Positions 1 to 13,000 of a stretch of 64,000 bases of DNA are shown piece by piece. The notes beneath the pieces are model-generated. The model saw nothing but the letters and a program-made list of their open reading frames with translations. It had not been told where the DNA came from and did no database searches. The position numbers and the translations under genes are program-made. This DNA comes from Nemertoderma westbladi (lineage: Eukaryota; Animalia; Xenacoelomorpha): assembly GCA_032718475.1 (NCBI GenBank), contig JAUCBJ010006701.1:62001-126000 (forward strand). The letters are read 5' to 3'. The first letter of the stretch is position 1. The number at the start of each line of letters is the position of its first letter.

Positions 1-16
1 AGCCGCAGTTTCCCTA

Positions 17-2104
17 TTGGAGCGGCCTTCTATTGACAAACAACCAGATACGTTACCAGACGTATCGCCAGACACATTACTAGACAGTCGACTAGACATT
101 TTGTCAGAAACATCACAAAATGTTCTACCGGACATTAGTAATGTATCAACTAACAGTAAAGCCGCAGTTTCCCTATTGGAGCGGCCTTGTATTGACAAAC
201 TACCAATTTTGACACACTTGAGCAACCATAAGCACAGTGAAACCTCATGTATTACAGATGTGGGTAGTACCTACGCTAATGTAAATACAGGTGTTACTTT
301 GCGCTCAAGAGACATACCGAACTTGCAACCTATGGTGAGACCTGGGATTAATGTCGGCAGGAAAATTAGTTTACCGAAACCCACTGACCCCATAGAGTTC
401 AAACCACCATTAACGATCGACTTACAAGGTACCGACAATCAAGGTAAGAAGACAAAGAAGGACAAATTACTTGTAGACCCGGACGGATCAACAGTCAACA
501 AGGGAATACTTACCGGCGGACCCGTGGGCCCTTCTAGTAATTCAAAACCTTCCAAATTCTCAATTGACTTACCTGATGACGTCACAAATACTCATGTCGA
601 CCGTATTGTAAACCTAACAGATTCTTGGTCAAACGCTTGCCGAAAATTAGCGTGGATTGTACGTTTTGTACAATACGTTAAAGGCAAACGCGACTTTACA
701 CGTCGACTTACATTGGCTGAGATTGACAGGTGTGAGATTAAATTAATTCGCCATTATCAACTGCGATATTTCGCGCGCGAATTCACATCTATACATCAAG
801 GTCAACCAATCAAGTCGTCACCAATACTGAGTTGGAGTCCGATTATTTATAATGGCTTAATTTGTCACAAATCTCGGCTTCAAAACATTGACTTTAACAC
901 AAACTTTAGGTACCCAATAATAATACCGCAACATCACGAACTACAACGTGCAATGATACTGGACGCACATTTACATCTGAAACACGCTGGAAGACACCAC
1001 TGTCTTTCCTACTTACGTACTAGATTTGTATTAATTAGACCCAGTAAAGCATTAAGTTCAGTGACACGTACGTGTATTATTTGTAAAAAGGTACATTCTA
1101 GAATAGGTACCCAAGAAATGAGTGAACTACCACAAGCACGACTTCAAGCATTCAGACCACCTTTTACAGAGACTGGAATTGATTGCTTTGGTCCCATACA
1201 TACGAAACGTGGACGTATACTAGTAAAACGCTGGGGACTGATTTTCACATGTATGTCCAGTAGGGCAGTTCATATTGAACGTGTGATGGATCTATCCACC
1301 AACGCGTTTATACTAGCACTGCGGCGATTTATCGCTAGACGCGGACTAGTAAAATGCTTGTACTCAGACCAAGGGACAAACTTTGTTGGTGCTCGGAATG
1401 AGATTGCTAGAGCCTTTAAGAAATTAGATCATGATCAAATCTCGAACGAACTACAACCTCACAAGATTGTTTGGAAGTTCAATCCTCCAGATAGTCCTTG
1501 GAGAGGCGGAGTCTGGGAGAGACTGATTAGATCTATAAAGACAGCCATGGCAAAGGTCATTCCAGTAAACCACATATTAACAGACGACCAACTGACAACA
1601 TTGTTTGTTGAAATCGAGGCAATACTAAATACTAGACCAATAGTATTAGTACCCGATGACAAACAATCTCAGTTTGCTTTGACACCGGCACACCTGCTTA
1701 TGCAGGCACCGACCACATTGACGCCAATTTCCATTCCAATGGAAAGCGACAGCTACGGTAGAAAAGCGTGGAAAATCACGCAACTACTGGCTACCAAATT
1801 CTGGGAAATATGGCAAAACCATTATTTGCCCTCTATTTCTGCCAGAACAACTTGGTACAATAACACTCGCGCATTAAAGCCGGGAGATCACGTGCTGTTA
1901 GCGGAAGTGAATCTAAAAAGACGCTTCTGGATAACAGGTGTAATTTTAGCCACACATCCATCTATGGATGGAGTGACAAGGACTGTGACGGTACGGACAA
2001 TTGACGGTCGTACAGTAGACAGACCGACTCAACGTCTCGTACTTCTTGAAGAGACTCGTAACGAGTCTGGAGACTACAAATCTCCACCTAATACTAGTAA
2101 ATAA
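17..2104 (+). CDS. pol: BEL/Pao Pol C-terminal part: low-complexity linker, HHCC zinc-binding domain, integrase core, C-terminal DUF5641-like domain
   Basis: Motifs HLHLKHAG...CIIC, GIDCFGP, SDQGTNF, GGVWERLIRSIK, FWEIWQNHYL. The frame continues from upstream of the window. Confidence 0.95.
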   Translation: MERPSIDKQPDTLPDVSPDTLLDSRLDILSETSQNVLPDISNVSTNSKAAVSLLERPCIDKLPILTHLSNHKHSETSCITDVGSTYANVNTGVTLRSRDIPNLQPMVRPGINVGRKISLPKPTDPIEFKPPLTIDLQGTDNQGKKTKKDKLLVDPDGSTVNKGILTGGPVGPSSNSKPSKFSIDLPDDVTNTHVDRIVNLTDSWSNACRKLAWIVRFVQYVKGKRDFTRRLTLAEIDRCEIKLIRHYQLRYFAREFTSIHQGQPIKSSPILSWSPIIYNGLICHKSRLQNIDFNTNFRYPIIIPQHHELQRAMILDAHLHLKHAGRHHCLSYLRTRFVLIRPSKALSSVTRTCIICKKVHSRIGTQEMSELPQARLQAFRPPFTETGIDCFGPIHTKRGRILVKRWGLIFTCMSSRAVHIERVMDLSTNAFILALRRFIARRGLVKCLYSDQGTNFVGARNEIARAFKKLDHDQISNELQPHKIVWKFNPPDSPWRGGVWERLIRSIKTAMAKVIPVNHILTDDQLTTLFVEIEAILNTRPIVLVPDDKQSQFALTPAHLLMQAPTTLTPISIPMESDSYGRKAWKITQLLATKFWEIWQNHYLPSISARTTWYNNTRALKPGDHVLLAEVNLKRRFWITGVILATHPSMDGVTRTVTVRTIDGRTVDRPTQRLVLLEETRNESGDYKSPPNTSK

Positions 2105-2774
2105 TTAGGAGTTTACAAATAGATTTCCACGTACCTGTACACCGTAGTAAGGACAGCGGTAGAATTCCATTGTCTTTATATGTGAACATTGAGGGTAGTA
2201 CCCTTATGTGTCACATAGGAGCGGGATTTGTAGGTATAAGAAATGGAATTCTACTTGGAACTCACAATATTGAGACATTTTCGAAATTTTAGACAATCCA
2301 TTTGGATTTGAAAAATTTTTAAAATTTTCTCCAGTGAATAGATTTCAGGGTACAGTCGGGTGGAACTTAAAATTAGAGAAACAAGAGAGGAAGACTTGCG
2401 AGCCTTTCTTAAAATTTTAATTAAATTTTACACGGTCTTGTTTCAATAAGTTACGTCAAAATAGACTCCCCTATATTTATTACTAGCTCTTGACTGCTTA
2501 TTTTCTGATAATAGTTTGGGATCAAAAAGTGAGTATTTTAGACTCACGGCCAGTTTAGCCCAAATTCGTTTTTACTTCGGCAAAAAAAAAAAAAAAATTT
2601 TAGATAAGAAGCAGCGTGTCATTAAAGAAACCCTAGATCTTAGGCTATGGGTAGGGGGTTAGAGCGTTGTCGAAGCCCAAAAGGCAGACGAAACTCTCAC
2701 GTCTCCTCACAACTAACCACAAACTCTGTTGTATTCCCTCTAGTAGTAATGATTATGTAACTACACCTCTAATT

Positions 2775-4477
2775 ATGGAGAAAGGGATACAAGGAGAGCC
2801 GAGATGGGGATATGATATCCAAGAGGAGGCGGCAGCTTCATTCGAACGATTTGGAGCAAAAGACTACACTATATTTGGTATAAAGGAATTATCAGAAAGT
2901 ACAGCGAAGCTCGCAAAGACAGCAATGCCTTTACTCGAGCAGGATTTAGTATATTTCGAGACGTGTATCTTCGCTGTGCGGGATCTCTTATCGAAAGACC
3001 ATCTATGTTTACATTGTTACCCTATGAAGGAGAACGTATTGTGGAAATTACGGATGAATCACGGCAGACGCGCGCGCCTATCGGTCACCTTGGTGATGAA
3101 TTCGAAGTAACTACTACGATCGCCGACGATCCTTTAGAGGAACTTCTTGAGATAGAAAGGAACCTCCCGAAGAAATCTCAGACGGAGATTCGACAACTTG
3201 AAGCAACAGATGCTATAGTTTGCATACAACCTTCAGAAACCTACCAACCCATAGACCCAGATGATTACGATTATAGTATGGGAGGAAGCGCTCGACCGAT
3301 TGGAGATCTTATATACGAACGAGTGTGGTACCCTGCCAATACGATGTGTAGTAAATGTGGCGTCGCTGGACATCATATGGCAAAGTGCAGTGGAAAGCAC
3401 ATTACTACGACTCAGCTAATCTGTGGATGGTGTGGGGATCAAGGGTCTCATACCTTTTATACTTGCTGGAGATTTATGGCTCAGTGTACTTATTGCAATA
3501 TAAAGGGACATCGAGCATCTGAATGCCAACTAAGGGACATACCTTATGAACACGAATCTGTAAAACTCGTGAGGAAGTTATTTGATGAGTGGGAAGATTT
3601 AGCCGACGAACATGTATCGGCACAAAGAAGACGGTTTCCGATGAGGGCGCATCTTGGATTTTGGGCGGTAAATCCTCAAACGATGATGTCGGAAGGATAT
3701 ATCTCCGCTATGCCCCAATATGACGAACTTATCGAGGTTGTCGATATTTTGCCCCACGACAGCGGATTCCGAGTGGTGCGCGAGTATCTGTTACAAATTC
3801 ACCCGGATAACAAAAACACGTGGAATTTTCAGAAAGTCGTTAATCGGATTACGTATGGTGAATTCGATCGTTTCCGAACTGAAAAGCGGAACAAGGGAGC
3901 TTGGTTAACCGTCGCATGGGCGTACCGAGCCGCGTTTTACCACAAACGTATACGAGCGAGCGTATTCGAGGAAGAAGAGGTCCTAGAGGCGACAAATATA
4001 CCAGCCACTCCGGTTGCGCCGTCTGCACGTCACCCTCGGGAGGACGGGCAGGGTAGGATCATACGGGTCCAGAAAGTGGGCCAACAATTAAAGAAAATTA
4101 TTAATGTAGAAGAACGCAAGGGAGTTGAGCCGACCATTCGAGTTACTCGGGATACGGTATCACTTCCAAGAGAACCAGTAGGAGGATCGGGACATACACC
4201 AGCTGATCAACAGGGGGCGCAAGCTACTCTTGGGTCTGCGTCGTCCGCCTTTCGCGCGTTCCCAGACGTTCTACCAACTGTAGTGACAACTGATCGGTCA
4301 CGAGGAATCGGTCGAGGTTTTGGGATGCCAAATAGACGAATTTGCGAGGAAATAGTCGCACCGTCTCTCAACGTCCCAAGTAAACCAGTGACTCGCCCCA
4401 CGAGTCCCATATCGCGAGCAAAGTCACCTGTGCGCAGTTTTCGAGGACGCGGCAGGGCTCGATCTACTAAGCGATAA
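2775..4477 (+). pseudogene. Family-A accessory ORF with an internal ~2 kb deletion; exonuclease domain lost, triple CCHC knuckle and C-terminus retained
   Basis: MEKGIQGEPRWG start matches 38120. At ~2917-2925 the sequence jumps to the equivalent of ~35943. Knuckles CSKCGVAGHHMAKC, CGWCGDQGSHTFYTC, CTYCNIKGHRASEC. Confidence 0.88.
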
Positions 4478-4492
4478 AAGGGAGGGCAAGGG
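4476..4492 (+). promoter_or_regulatory. Candidate polypurine tract of A1 (3' LTR may start at TG 4493)
   Basis: AAAAGGGAGGGCAAGGG directly after the accessory ORF stop, followed by TG. The LTR start cannot be confirmed because the other copy runs out of the window. Confidence 0.4.
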
Positions 4493-5305
4493 TGGACGGA
4501 AGACTCGTGAGCCTTTCTTATGATTTTGTGATTTATTTTGAATTATATGTTTTATATTTAGAAAGTTTTGTATTCTGGGAAAGACACAAGTGATTTAGTA
4601 AAACTTATATTTAGTAAAACTTATATTTTATATTTGTGCTTATTCCGAACTTATGCAATTTATATTGTTCCGAATGTTATGCAATTTATATTTTATAAGC
4701 AGTATTTGTATTTACAGTGAAATAGAAAGTTTTATAGATAGAAAATTTTGTGCTCAGAAAGACTCATATTTGTAATTATTCCAAACTTATGCAATCTACA
4801 TTTAGGTACGAAAGTATTTGTAATTACTTGAATTTATGCAATATTTGAGATGCAATAGTAGATGGAAGACTCGCGAGCCTTTCTTATTGTTTTCATTTAT
4901 TTGTATTTGTAATTGTTTGAATTTATGCAATATTGAGATGCAATAGATTTATATTGGTGAATTTAATTTAGATTTATATTGTACTTACTTAGTAAAGCCT
5001 TAAATACGTAAAGTTTGAATTTGTAATTATTTTTGTATTGAATCATTACGTAGAAAGGAAGTATCGTTTGAAATTTAATTGTAAATATGTAAGTACGCCC
5101 TAAGTATTCTATAGTTTGATTGATTATTGGTGAAAACCGTATATTTTATGCACGATAATATCCTGTTTTCATGGAGCGGTATAGAATTATATTCCCTAAA
5201 TGCCGTGGATTTTCAAAATTTTATTTTATTCGAATTAACTTTGTAAAGATTGCTTTGAGTTCTCATTAGTATTGGCTCTATCTATTGTGCACCTATCGGT
5301 CAAGT

Positions 5306-5392
5306 GGTTCAGTAGCTCAGTCGGTAGAGCGTTGGAAATTATATGTGTAGTAGGTATCGAGTTCGAATCCTAATAAGTGCGAATTATTTTTT
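5306..5392 (+). pseudogene. tRNA-derived Pol III promoter unit (tRNA pseudogene or SINE-head-like)
   Basis: A box and D-arm TAGCTCAGTCGGTAGAGC, B box GAGTTCGAATCC, T-run at ~5387. Acceptor and anticodon stems do not pair. Confidence 0.6.
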
Positions 5393-5588
5393 GTGCAGAA
5401 TTTCAACTCATTTAAATTAACCGCTACAAATTAATTGCATTTGTCTGTACCAATGAGACCGTAGTTATTTGATTGTAACCAATGTCGTGCAAGTTATATA
5501 TTAGCTGGACCAATAGCTATCTTTAAAACCTTGTTAGAATCTATAGAACAATCGAGAATTTTCTCGATTGATTGCGGCACAAATTTGG

Positions 5589-5736
5589 TATAAAAAGGTG
5601 CGATTTGTTCATTAGTTATCAATCTCAATTTCAAAACTTCTTCATTCAATCTCACTTGCTGATCTACCTTAACTTTCTGTCTTATTTCAGATTACATTGT
5701 TTATTGTATAATAGTTATTATATCTTTTGTAATAAA
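5589..5736 (+). promoter_or_regulatory. Putative LTR core promoter (TATAAAA plus TTAGT initiator) and AATAAA
   Basis: TATAAAA at 5589, ATTAGTT at 5611, AATAAA at 5731, with upstream CCAAT motifs. Confidence 0.5.
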
Positions 5737-5780
5737 AGTCAGAAATACTAGTCACATCTCAGCTCTTTTCTATCTGTTTT

Positions 5781-7090
5781 ATCATGGATTCACTACGGTG
5801 AACAAACTCAGGGACAGGATGGCCGGCTAGAGATCGGGCCGCAGCAATGAACGGGAACATCACGGGAATGTAGACGAGAGACAACCCGCAATACCATCTA
5901 GAGTTATTCGCCCATCGCCTGAAAGGTTAGACAGCGTTCGATCCTTGCTACCTAAGTATAAGACCAAAAGATCAAGAGGTAGACGTAGTGACACGCTGTG
6001 AGCCTAAAATTACATCATAGGGACTGTACTGTCTTGATTCAGGAAAACCCACAGTAGACCTTCACATTCCTACGGGGGGGGAGAGAGAGAGCAGAGATAC
6101 TAGTACGCAGATAGGACGTAGGCACACCGGTACAAGGCATACACATTGGTTAGGGTGCAGCAAACTGTACGCTTAACTCTTGCTAAGTACAGGTGCGTGT
6201 GCGACTATTTGCAGTACGACAGTGTCCATTGCATTAGAACTTGTAGGCTAGGGGGGTTGCTGTGTTTTCACCTGAATTGGGATTGTACCGTTCAGGCGGT
6301 AGGGCAGTTTACGCTAGGCGCAAATAAATTGAGGCTATCAGGGATACTAACATCTACCGTGTCCCCGCCAACGCCCTAATAGGAAGTTACCCGGACTACC
6401 TGGGTGACTAAAATTCTAGATAGGAGCCAGGATAGCTATTAGTACCCGTACGCCTACAGTAGTAAACTAACACATCTCTTCTTAGTATCAGGGACCTGGT
6501 ACCTAAAATTGCCGAATTCTGGGCGTAGTATTAACCTTATGCCTGAATTTGAGTCCTGGAAATACGCAAGAGGGGAAGGAACCTTATCATTCGTGAGTAT
6601 TGGACCTACAAGTTATAAAATTAGAATATTCGTAAAATGCACACCGTACCCAGTAATTATATATGTGAAGGAGCAAAACTGTTTTGACCGTTCAGAATTA
6701 ACACACGCGCGTTAGAAATTATTTAAACCTCAAAATATATAAAATTAACTTTGTCCGTACTGTGCTTTGCCCGCTAGTTAGACATCTCCAAATCTCTGCC
6801 TGTACCTAGCTAGCGTCCCTTTGCCCAAACCATATAAATCACACCGCGGCAAAGTATACGAGCCCTTAGTTCGTCAGTGAGTCAGCCTGATTTTAGGATT
6901 CGCTGCGCGGGATTTTGTTTTATCGAAGTTTGTCTGCTCGTAGACTGTTTTCTGCCTCACCGGTTATAAGAGATCGATACTGCAATATATTCGCTTACTT
7001 AGAGTTTACTGTTTTGGTGAGAAGGTCGGATTTATGATTTGATTTACAAACTTTACAGTAGGATATTGCAGGTATTGTTACCGTCTCTTC
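5781..7090 (+). repeat. Verified portion of the family-A long LTR (3' LTR of A1)
   Basis: Reverse-complement match to ~62680-63990, which lies upstream of A2 gag. Part of it also lies downstream of the A2 accessory ORF (33645-33976). Confidence 0.85.
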
Positions 7091-7094
7091 CAAT

Positions 7095-10000
7095 ATTACT
7101 AGAATCCCGTCGTTGTTGAGTTGTGGCGACAGCGTAATCAGCTCGCTGTCTCGTCAGAGGTGCTGTTGGTTACCGACGCGTTCCACCTCGTCGCCGTAGT
7201 TCTTCCGTTGTTCATAGCGGATCACTGCCTTGGCCGCTCCTTCCACATCTATGGTTGTCCTGATCTTCTTGTCCTTGCCGATTCCCGCAAGGAAATTCCC
7301 GAAGGCTCTCCAGTACGCCACTAGTTTCTTGGTCTTATACCAACTAGAACTGTAGCTGAGGAGTTTATCCGTTGGGTTATCGCATAGTTCCCTTCCTGGT
7401 TGCACGTCCCTAATCTCCCTCACCATTTGGGAGTATATCTCTTCTCCCTCTGAGTCTCCCTCTTCTCCTTCTGATACCACTTCCGAGCCCGGGTCCACCT
7501 TCCTCATCGGCGGCCAGGCCTCCCTATCGCTCAGAAATTGTGGCCCATGTTGCCACAATACTTCCTTCTTTAGGAAAGTGTGGCGTTCCACGCCCCTCGA
7601 CAGCAAGTCCGCTGGGTTCTCGTCTGTTGGGCAGTAGTGCCACCTTCCCAGTTCTGTGCTCGCCCTTATTTCATCCACTCTATTCGCGACGAATATCGGG
7701 TATCTCGTCCTTTCGTTGTGTAGCCAACCAAGCACTACCATGGAGTCCGTCCAGTAGTGTGTCTCCACTATGTTGGGAATAGTATCCACTAGGTAGGCTG
7801 TGGCTCTTACTCCTAGTCTCGCAGCTGTCAATTCTAACTTGGGAACTGATGCTGAATCTGGCGGCGTTGACTTTGCTTTGCTAGCCTTGGCTTATGAGCC
7901 CCCTCTCGTTGTACTAAGTAGAGTGCCGCTCCGTACGCTTCCAACGACGCGTCGGAGAACATGTGTAGGTCCAGATTCGTCATGTTCCCATCCGGGAAAT
8001 ACACCCTTGGCATGTTGTATGTTCCCATTTTCTCCAAGTTTCCTGTCCACTTGCTCCACTGTCTCTTGATTTCCTCTGGTACCTCTACGTCCCACTCATC
8101 TTTCAGTTTGTATACTCTCTTGAGTATCTGTTTCCCTGTGACTAGTAATGGGGATGCTAGGCCTAGGGGATCGTATATCCTTGCTATATACGATACATAG
8201 CCCCTCTTCGTGTGGATGTCTGCGCCCTCCTGGCTCAGCTGATACTTCAGTTCGTCTGTCTTCCTATCCCACACGATTCCCAATGCCTTCTGCTGAGATT
8301 CTGTTCTCTTAATCGCCATGTCCTGCCCTTTGGCTGTTGTGGGGTTATCCATGGTCGATTCTGGTTTCCTGTCCTCTATGGCTTTGATAAATTCTTCCGA
8401 ACTGGATTGGAATTTGGTCAGGTTAAAGCCGGATCCTTTTAGGATGTCGCGAACCTCGCGCCATGTATCCAGTATCTCCTTAACCGTATTCCCAGACTCC
8501 ATTCCGTCGTCTACGTAGAAGCCGCGTCGAATCATATCGACGGCCCTACTGCTGTATCTATCTTCCTTCCCCTTTACAGTGTCTCTCACTGCCATAGTCG
8601 TCGTAAATGAAGACGACTTGGCCCCCATGTTCTGTACTATCATCTTATATGCTGGTATTATCGGCGGTTCTTCTTCGCCGTTATACCATAAGAAGCGTTG
8701 ACTGTCGCTATCTTCTTCCGTTACACGGACTTGGTTGAACATGCCTTCTATGTCACACGTGAAGGCGTGTTTCCCATTTCGAAATCTAAGCAACACCTCT
8801 ATGCCCGAATTGTAAATATTTGGGCCTTCTAACAGGTAATCGTTTAAGCATTTTCCGTCGGTCTTTGCCGATGCGTCGACTACCATCCTTAGTTTACCTT
8901 TCTTTGGATCTAAAGCCACGTGCAGTGGCAGGTAATATGTTCTATCCGTGTTCGGCTCGTCGACCGGTAACTCCACGGCCCATCCTTTCTCGACGTACTT
9001 CTTAATCGTCCTGTGGATGTACTCATTCTTCTCGGGGCTCCGTTTTAGTGTTTGTTTCAGTTTCCGGAGTCTCGTGAGTACCATCCCCCTATTGTCGGGT
9101 AACGGTATCTTCGGTAGTTTCCATACCATTCCTATAGTATACCGTCCCTCATCGCATGTCATTGATTCCTCCACGCTTTGTATAGCCTGCTTGTCTTCCA
9201 CCGAGGTCCCGACCCCGGTCTCTTTCAATCCCTCGAAATCCTGTCTGAGCAGTCTTTTAAGCTGCTCCTCTGCTCCCTCATCACCCATTTCCTGCATTGT
9301 TCCCGCGAACATGCATCCTGATGTCTCCGACATCCTAAATGGTATCTTGCTCTTGATTGGACCACTCAGCGTCCACCCGAATGGTGTTAATATTGCCACC
9401 GGGTCGCTCTGCTTGTCTTCGCCGAAGACCGTTTGCATTCTTTCGTGGGCCGTTGGGCAGTCCATACCTACTATGATGGATACCTTCCTAACGTCCACGT
9501 CTGGGATTGAGAAGTCAATGTTGTCCAGGAATTTATACTGTTCGACCTCGATGTTGGTTGGCCGCCTGGCATTGATATTAATTGACTCTATCACTTGAAT
9601 GGGGTCGATAGTTGCCCCATGGTCGCATCCTGGTGCCACTGCTGCAATTGCGCACCGTCCTGTTCTCATCTCCAGGATCTCATCTTTGCTAGAGATGGTT
9701 GCTACCGCCATCCTGCTTGGCCTCGTTCTCAATCCTATCTCCTCGGCCACCCATTCCTCGACTAATGTGAAGGCAGCTCCACTATCAACCAGCATTAGTG
9801 TTGTTACTGATCGATTGCCTTCCCCGATCACTCGTACTGGTACTACTCCAAGTAGCACCGTTCCTCTCTTCTTCGCCCCTACTGTGCTCGTCGCCATCGT
9901 TTGGCCTCTCCTTTGACCAAATTTCATTGGCTTCTCCTTGCACTCCCTTGCTCTATGTCCACTCATTACACATCGCGAGCAGATTTTATTGCTGAACGCA

Positions 10001-13000
10001 TAATCTATCTGATCTTGCCTAGGTAGCGCCTGCCAGTACCTGCAGTTCATAGTTTGATGAAGCGCATTTGCGTGTAGCTGGCATTTGCTCTTTGGGTCGT
10101 AGCCCTCTTTATACAGTGCATTGCGTATCGCAGTTGCGTTCGTACCAAAGTCCCTACTATTCTTATTGTTTGGGTTTTGCCTATTGGACGTACTGGGGTT
10201 ATGTTTATTCGTGTTATTATTGTTTCCCTGTCCGTTCCATGATGTTGTCTTATCCTCGGCTAGCTGTGGACTTGCAGTCCCCTGCGTCGCTGCATATGGC
10301 AATGATTGCCTGAGTCTCGGAAATGCGTTCGATGTGTTGTGCTCTGGTTTCGGTCTATGGTAGTCTGTTTTCGGTCCCTTTCCCAGGCTGTCTTCGCTAT
10401 AGACTGGGTCAGTTATTAGTTCAGCCTCGTAGTTTAAGAAGTTTTACATTTCTTCTAAACCCGGTTCCGCACCCTTCTTATCTCGAGTGGAGAAGGCAAT
10501 TTTCCTCCACTTGTTGCGCAGCCAGTTTGGTAGTGCCTGCGCTATCGTGGTGATGTTGTTGGACGCATTGAGCTCGTACGGCGCGTCTAGCGTCTTCAGC
10601 ACGATTAGCGCCTTTTCGACTTTGTTAGCGAACGTCTTAATGCTAACAGGATTATCCTGTAGGCCACCCGATGTTATGCCCCTCAGCATCTGCCTGATGA
10701 TCTTGGCCGGGTGCCCGTATTCCCTATCCAGTGCCCGCCATGCTGTCGTGAAGCCGCCCTCTATTCCTTGATATTGCCTCACGATGTCGTATGCTGGGCC
10801 TCCCGTGTACACTTGTAGATACTTTAGGCACTCCGCCTGCGTCAAGTTTTTTGTTAGTATTTCGTTACTATACATGCGCCGAAACTGTAGATATTCTTCC
10901 GGCCTGCTCCCATCGAATTTGAATGGTTCCACGGGTGGTAACTCGATCCTCGTTTTCAACGCATCGATCAACGTGGCCATCCCTATCGCCTGCGCTTCCA
11001 ATGGATTCGATGGGTGCTGCATAGTTTCTCCTGTCTGGTGCATTCCGTCTGTCCTATTTCTTGACTTTCTCTGGCTTGGGTATGTCATCGGGGGTAGCGG
11101 CCCCCTCCATATTTCTGTGTCACACGACCTGTTTTCATCTGAGGGTCTTGTTGTTCTTGCTCCTATCGGGGTATATTGTTGATATTGTGATGGGGGAATG
11201 TCACCCTGTCCCCCCCCCCCCACCGGTATGTTTGGTACTGGGGTTGATGTTAATATGTTGGGGCCCATACACCTATCCGCAATAATTCCCCCCTCCCCTG
11301 GGTATATGTTATGTCCCTGCATGCTGTAGTCATACTGCTGTGCTGGTACCGGTATAGGCCTATCAGCTTCTGGCCTACTCGCCGGTATGTATTCCGCGAC
11401 TTCCGGGTTTAATCCCGTTGTCCACGCCATCCTATCGCCTACATTGCCTCTCTCAGTATGGCCTATGGTATGTGCAGTAAGGCCTACAGTATGTCCTACA
11501 GTCTGCATGTGTCGCTCGGGATTGAAGTTTATTCTTCTCGAATAATCCTCCCCGCGGCTACCGTATTCTCGATCGATAGGTGTATTCCGTCGGAAAGTTT
11601 CTCTTCGACCCCCCTCTCTACTATCCTCATCTTCGTACCGGTACATCGCGTACCCCTCTCTCGGCGCGTAGTGCGCCTCGCCGGGTCGCATCCCTCCGGG
11701 GCGATGGCAATATCCCGGAGTCCGACCCCACTGACTCTCCGTTCTCATCTCAACTACCGACGGCTCGCTATCCGTCCTCGCTCTTCTATCGTTCGCGCCG
11801 ATACCTCTACTACTGTCTTCTCTTCTTCTCCTTTCAGTGGAGTATTCCCGCTCGTGAGATCTCTCGTCGACCTCCCGGTTAAACCCCACTGTTCTTCTTC
11901 CCTCTTCTGATCGGGCTCGACGCTTCGTCCGCCCTCTTACGACGTCAACCTGTCTCTCTCTGCTCGGTCGCACGCCGCTGGGGATACTCGCAATCCCCCT
12001 ATTACTTTCCGTCGCCGGTTGTTGCGGTTTACCTAGTTCGGCCCTCGCATTATCCGCTGACGGCTGTGCGACACTCTCTGCCCCCCCCTTTCGCCGCTAA
12101 CCCGCTGTTGTGGGGTTCTCGTAGCCCCCCCCCATTCGCCACATCTAACTTCGCTACTCCTCACCCCGCTACTATATCCCTCTCCAGTCGACACATCAAG
12201 CCTACCGCGGTCGGGTCTATTCACCCCCGCCTCTCCCTGTGCTATTGCGTGGCCTACCAGGCCCTCTACTCCCTGCCTACCAACTATGTGGCCTACCAGG
12301 CCCTCGCTGGGTCTACCTAACCCAGCTATTCCCTGCCTACCAACTACGTGGCCTATCAGGCCCTCGCTGGGTCTACCTAACCTAGCTATTCCCTGCCTAC
12401 CAACTACGTGGCCTACCAGGCCCTCGCTGGGTATACCTAACCCAGCTATTCCCTGCCTACCAACTACGTGGCCTACCAGGCCCTCGTCTGTCTGGCCATA
12501 CACGCCCGACGCGTTTACATTAATAGCACCCGTATTGGAAACGGAATTAATTTGTTCGTTCGAAACAAAATCATTTGAATTATCTTGCGCGACTACACTA
12601 TCTGGATTATTTTGTAAATTCGGGCTCGCTGAATTATTTAAGTTATTTAGATTATTTTGTGTTATTGCATTACTTAAATTATTTTGTAAGTTCGAATTTG
12701 GGTTATTACTTTGATTAATTGGATTATTTTGCGTAGCTACATTAATATTAGAATTATTTTCTACATTAATACTAGGAACGTTCTGATTTAAATTTAAATT
12801 ACTACCACTAGGTAAAGTATTTCCTGCAATAAAGGTTTGATTAGAATTGTCCCATACGGTACTATTAATATTAACCACGTCTACTGTACCATTATCATTA
12901 TTACCCCCCCCCCCCCCCCCCCGCCCGTACGGTCACACCAGTTTTGAGTCTGTCGTGCGGTCCCTGTAAGTGGGGTATTAATAAATGTATCCACGGCCCC

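Larger units (their letters stand above)
1..7090 (+). mobile_element. BEL/Pao LTR retrotransposon, family A, copy A1 (5' part outside the window; 3' LTR truncated at a deletion junction with element B)
   Basis: Pol C-terminus and accessory ORF are nearly identical to the minus-strand copy at 33645-64000. Region ~5780-7090 is the reverse complement of ~62680-63990. Confidence 0.93.

Noticed and set aside
5306-5380. Functional tRNA gene
   Set aside because: Acceptor and anticodon stems do not pair. Only the D-arm and T-loop motifs remain.
5760-6080. Self-cleaving ribozyme or small ORF upstream of the A primer site
   Set aside because: I found no hammerhead core (CUGANGA...GAAA) or convincing HDV-like fold by eye, and the reading frames contain stops. 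An Infernal/Rfam search would be needed to exclude it.
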